Position numbers and translations under genes: made by a program | Notes under the pieces: generated by a model | Database searches by the model: none | Told to the model about the DNA's origin: nothing | What the model saw: the letters and a program-made list of their open reading frames with translations, nothing else | DNA from: Rhodosorus marinus CCMP1338 | Lineage: Eukaryota > Plantae > Rhodophyta | Assembly (NCBI GenBank): GCA_029953675.1 | Contig: JAMWBK010000004.1 | Span: 1,736,001-1,800,000, forward strand | DNA: 64,000 nucleotides | Reading direction: 5' to 3' | Part shown: positions 61,647 to 64,000 of the stretch, piece by piece | Position numbering within the stretch: position 1 is the first letter of the stretch | How the letters are laid out: every line of letters starts with the position of its first letter

Positions 61647-63164
61647 CACACCCCTTTCACGCTATCTCAAAAACACCCACAAACTCAAGATCCTGAACGT
61701 CCTCGAAGAAGCAGACCCCGTTAGCGTTCCTACGAAATATTACAAAAGCTTTTCCAAGCCTCCTACACCTTTCCACCCGCCCCAAACCCGCAACTGCCTC
61801 CTCAACTCTAACAGGACTTAAAACTTTAACTGCTCCGAAAGCTCGAACAGAAGCAGGGAGTTATGGGTCATAGCACAGGACGTTAAACGCTCATAATTAA
61901 ATAACCAAAAAAAAATGTTCGAAACCATCATGCTCTTTCCCCCCCCTCAAAAAATACAACTGATAACTTTTTCACTCCGCTCGAAGGGGGGAGGAATGTA
62001 CTGTGAACTAAGGCTTCAATCAAGATACAATAAAACGAGTATTGGGTTACCCCTCTCAATGGCATCGTATTGGTATGATATTCAATATTTATATAGAAAA
62101 TGAGGGGGTCATGCATCGATGCTTCGCATACGGATGGTTTCCTGATTGAGATTCTTGATTGACTCATGGAATCGGCCGTGGTAGTCAGCCCCTGAAAGTA
62201 GGCTCGAAAACAAGCAAAAAATTGCATAGTTTGATTAGTTATATTAGTACCGGATACATTTTCGTACTAGAGTTTCCGTGAGATTGCGTAGGGATCGAAG
62301 AGGAAGCGTTGAGCTGGGCAATGTGGTCATGATTGGCTTTGGAATAGCTGCAACAATTCGCTGTTAACCTGCTACACTCATTCTGTAGTTTGATCTGCGC
62401 CGGATAGAACCGTTTTTCCAGATCTGCTCGGAGAAGTCCTTATCGTCGAGGTCCGCTGCCCCACGGCAGGATCTAGTGAGAAACCGTAAGGGGTACTGGA
62501 ATTAGCAATCCGTCCCAAGTTATAAGTTATGCGGTGTGCTTAGTGGTGAATAACTACTTGATCGTGAAACCAGTCCGGAAACATCTACGTGGATCGTGAA
62601 GGGTATAAAATCAAGCCCTCAGTGCCAGTTGCGAGAGCGCATGGTCTGTGCGAGAATTCTCTCTCAGGCTCTTAGACGACATAGGTTTTCTATTAAAGTG
62701 TCATAACAAAGCAAAATGACAGCTGGCATCTATTGAATGGCTATTTCAAAAATATAATACAAGACATAAAATCGTCGGTCGACTGACGTGCGACTTGACA
62801 AGTGACTTGATGGCTTTACGATGGTCAGGCGCTTAACATAGCTCTTGATCTGTGGCTTTGGTGGGTATCGTTTGGGTAGGGAGAGATCCATCGGTAAGTA
62901 CGGGTAACTGGTACATAGGGAAGAAGGTGATGAGGGGTACAAGGCTATCTTTTGAACCATAGGAACTTGTTTTCGGAAAGAAAGGATTTGTTTATTTTCC
63001 CCCCTTTTTGGGGTTGCGGTTTTGTAGGTGAGAGACTGTGGGGTTAGTAGTCGGGGGGGGGGCGGGAGGGAGTAGAACGGACTGCTTGGGTTTTAGACGC
63101 TTCCTTGGATTCTTAGTTGTGAGGATTTTTGCTTTGTACTCGTTTCCTCTGTCGGAGAAGAGAG

Positions 63165-64000
63165 ATGAAGCTCGTGAAGGCGTACCTCTTCTTGTATAAT
63201 GCTGCAGCAGCGATTGGATGGTACTGGACCCTAGAGACAAGCATGTGGAGAAATTTCTGTGCTTTTTGTTCTGATCAGTTTTGTGTTGATAAATGTTGTG
63301 TTTTCCTGGGTCTTGCCTCTCAACATCTAGGTGTTTCGTGCTAGGGAATTTGGTCTGGGGTGTATATGCTAACGATCCGTGGTCTGCAGTGGAGTGGTCC
63401 CTGAAGATCTCCCAAACTGCTGCGATACTCGAAGTTCTACATGCTCTTCTGGGGGTGGTCAGAACGAACGTTTTCTCGACACTTCTTCAGGTCTTATCTA
63501 GGATCTACATTCTTTGGGTTGTTACGAACCCTTTCCAGGACGTTGTGGGGCAGTTTCTGGCATTCAAAACTATGGTTCTTGCTTGGTGCCTGACGGAAAT
63601 TCCTCGGTACGCCTACTTCGCAGTCGGACAGGTGCAGAAGCCTCCAAAGTGGATGACGTGGCTCCGGTAAGTAACCTGATATGCTTTGGAGATGCCCCTG
63701 ACCTATGGATCGCTTAGCCTGCCCCCTTTCCGCTTGGACAGTTATTCTAGCTTCATGCCGCTCTATCCTGTTGGAGCTGCGAGTGAGGCAGCTTGCCTTT
63801 ATACCGTGCTTCCTCTCATCAAAGAGGCCCGTCCCTACAGCATATACATGCCGAATACGTTGAACTTCGCTCTAGATTCGTACTTCACCAGTATCTGCTC
63901 CCTGCTGATATACATCCCGGTAACGATTTTTCGATTTCCTAAGCAAACTTTTGTTTTCGCTATTATCTCACCGGAGAACGTCACTCTATTTCCTTTTCTG
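63165..64000 (+). CDS. PHS1: Very-long-chain (3R)-3-hydroxyacyl-CoA dehydratase (PHS1/PAS2/HACD); continues beyond the window
   Basis: YLFLYNAAAAIGW, QTAAILEVLHALLGVVR, LLQVLSR, AWCLTEIPRYAYF, WLR|YSSFMPLYPVGAASE and MPNTLNF. Confidence 0.95.

Overview
Eukaryotic nuclear DNA with spliceosomal GT-AG introns of roughly 70-130 nt. It is most likely from a red alga or relative (inference): EF-G has a simple plastid transit peptide, the branching enzyme has no transit peptide, and the CDK has a PSTALRE motif. I can support 18 protein-coding genes: plastid EF-G (runs off the left edge), an OCRL/INPP5B-type inositol 5-phosphatase, long-form tRNase Z, two tandem voltage-gated K+ channels, an M1 aminopeptidase, a starch/glycogen branching enzyme with a long tail, CDC23/APC8, DIM1, proteasome alpha1, an FBXO9/Hrt3-like F-box protein, SUV3 helicase, NUP133, a CDKB-like kinase, a stand-alone tandem-BRK-domain protein, a peroxisomal enoyl-CoA isomerase, a Hos1/HDAC8-like deacetylase and clathrin light chain. 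A 19th gene, a very-long-chain 3-hydroxyacyl-CoA dehydratase, runs off the right edge. Accessory DNA includes a frameshifted CRE/SLACS-type non-LTR retrotransposon relic, a tandem duplication of about 4 kb around the K+ channels with breakpoints resolvable to the base and mosaic identity, several local tandem repeats and two perfect hairpins. I found no rRNA, tRNA or CRISPR array. I cannot demonstrate a single new multi-gene system. The best leads are the BRK-only protein, the CDK lacking Thr14/Tyr15, the pore-diverged animal-type Kv pair, and the CCAAT-rich 31-bp array. All family assignments come from motif recognition by eye; no database searches were run.
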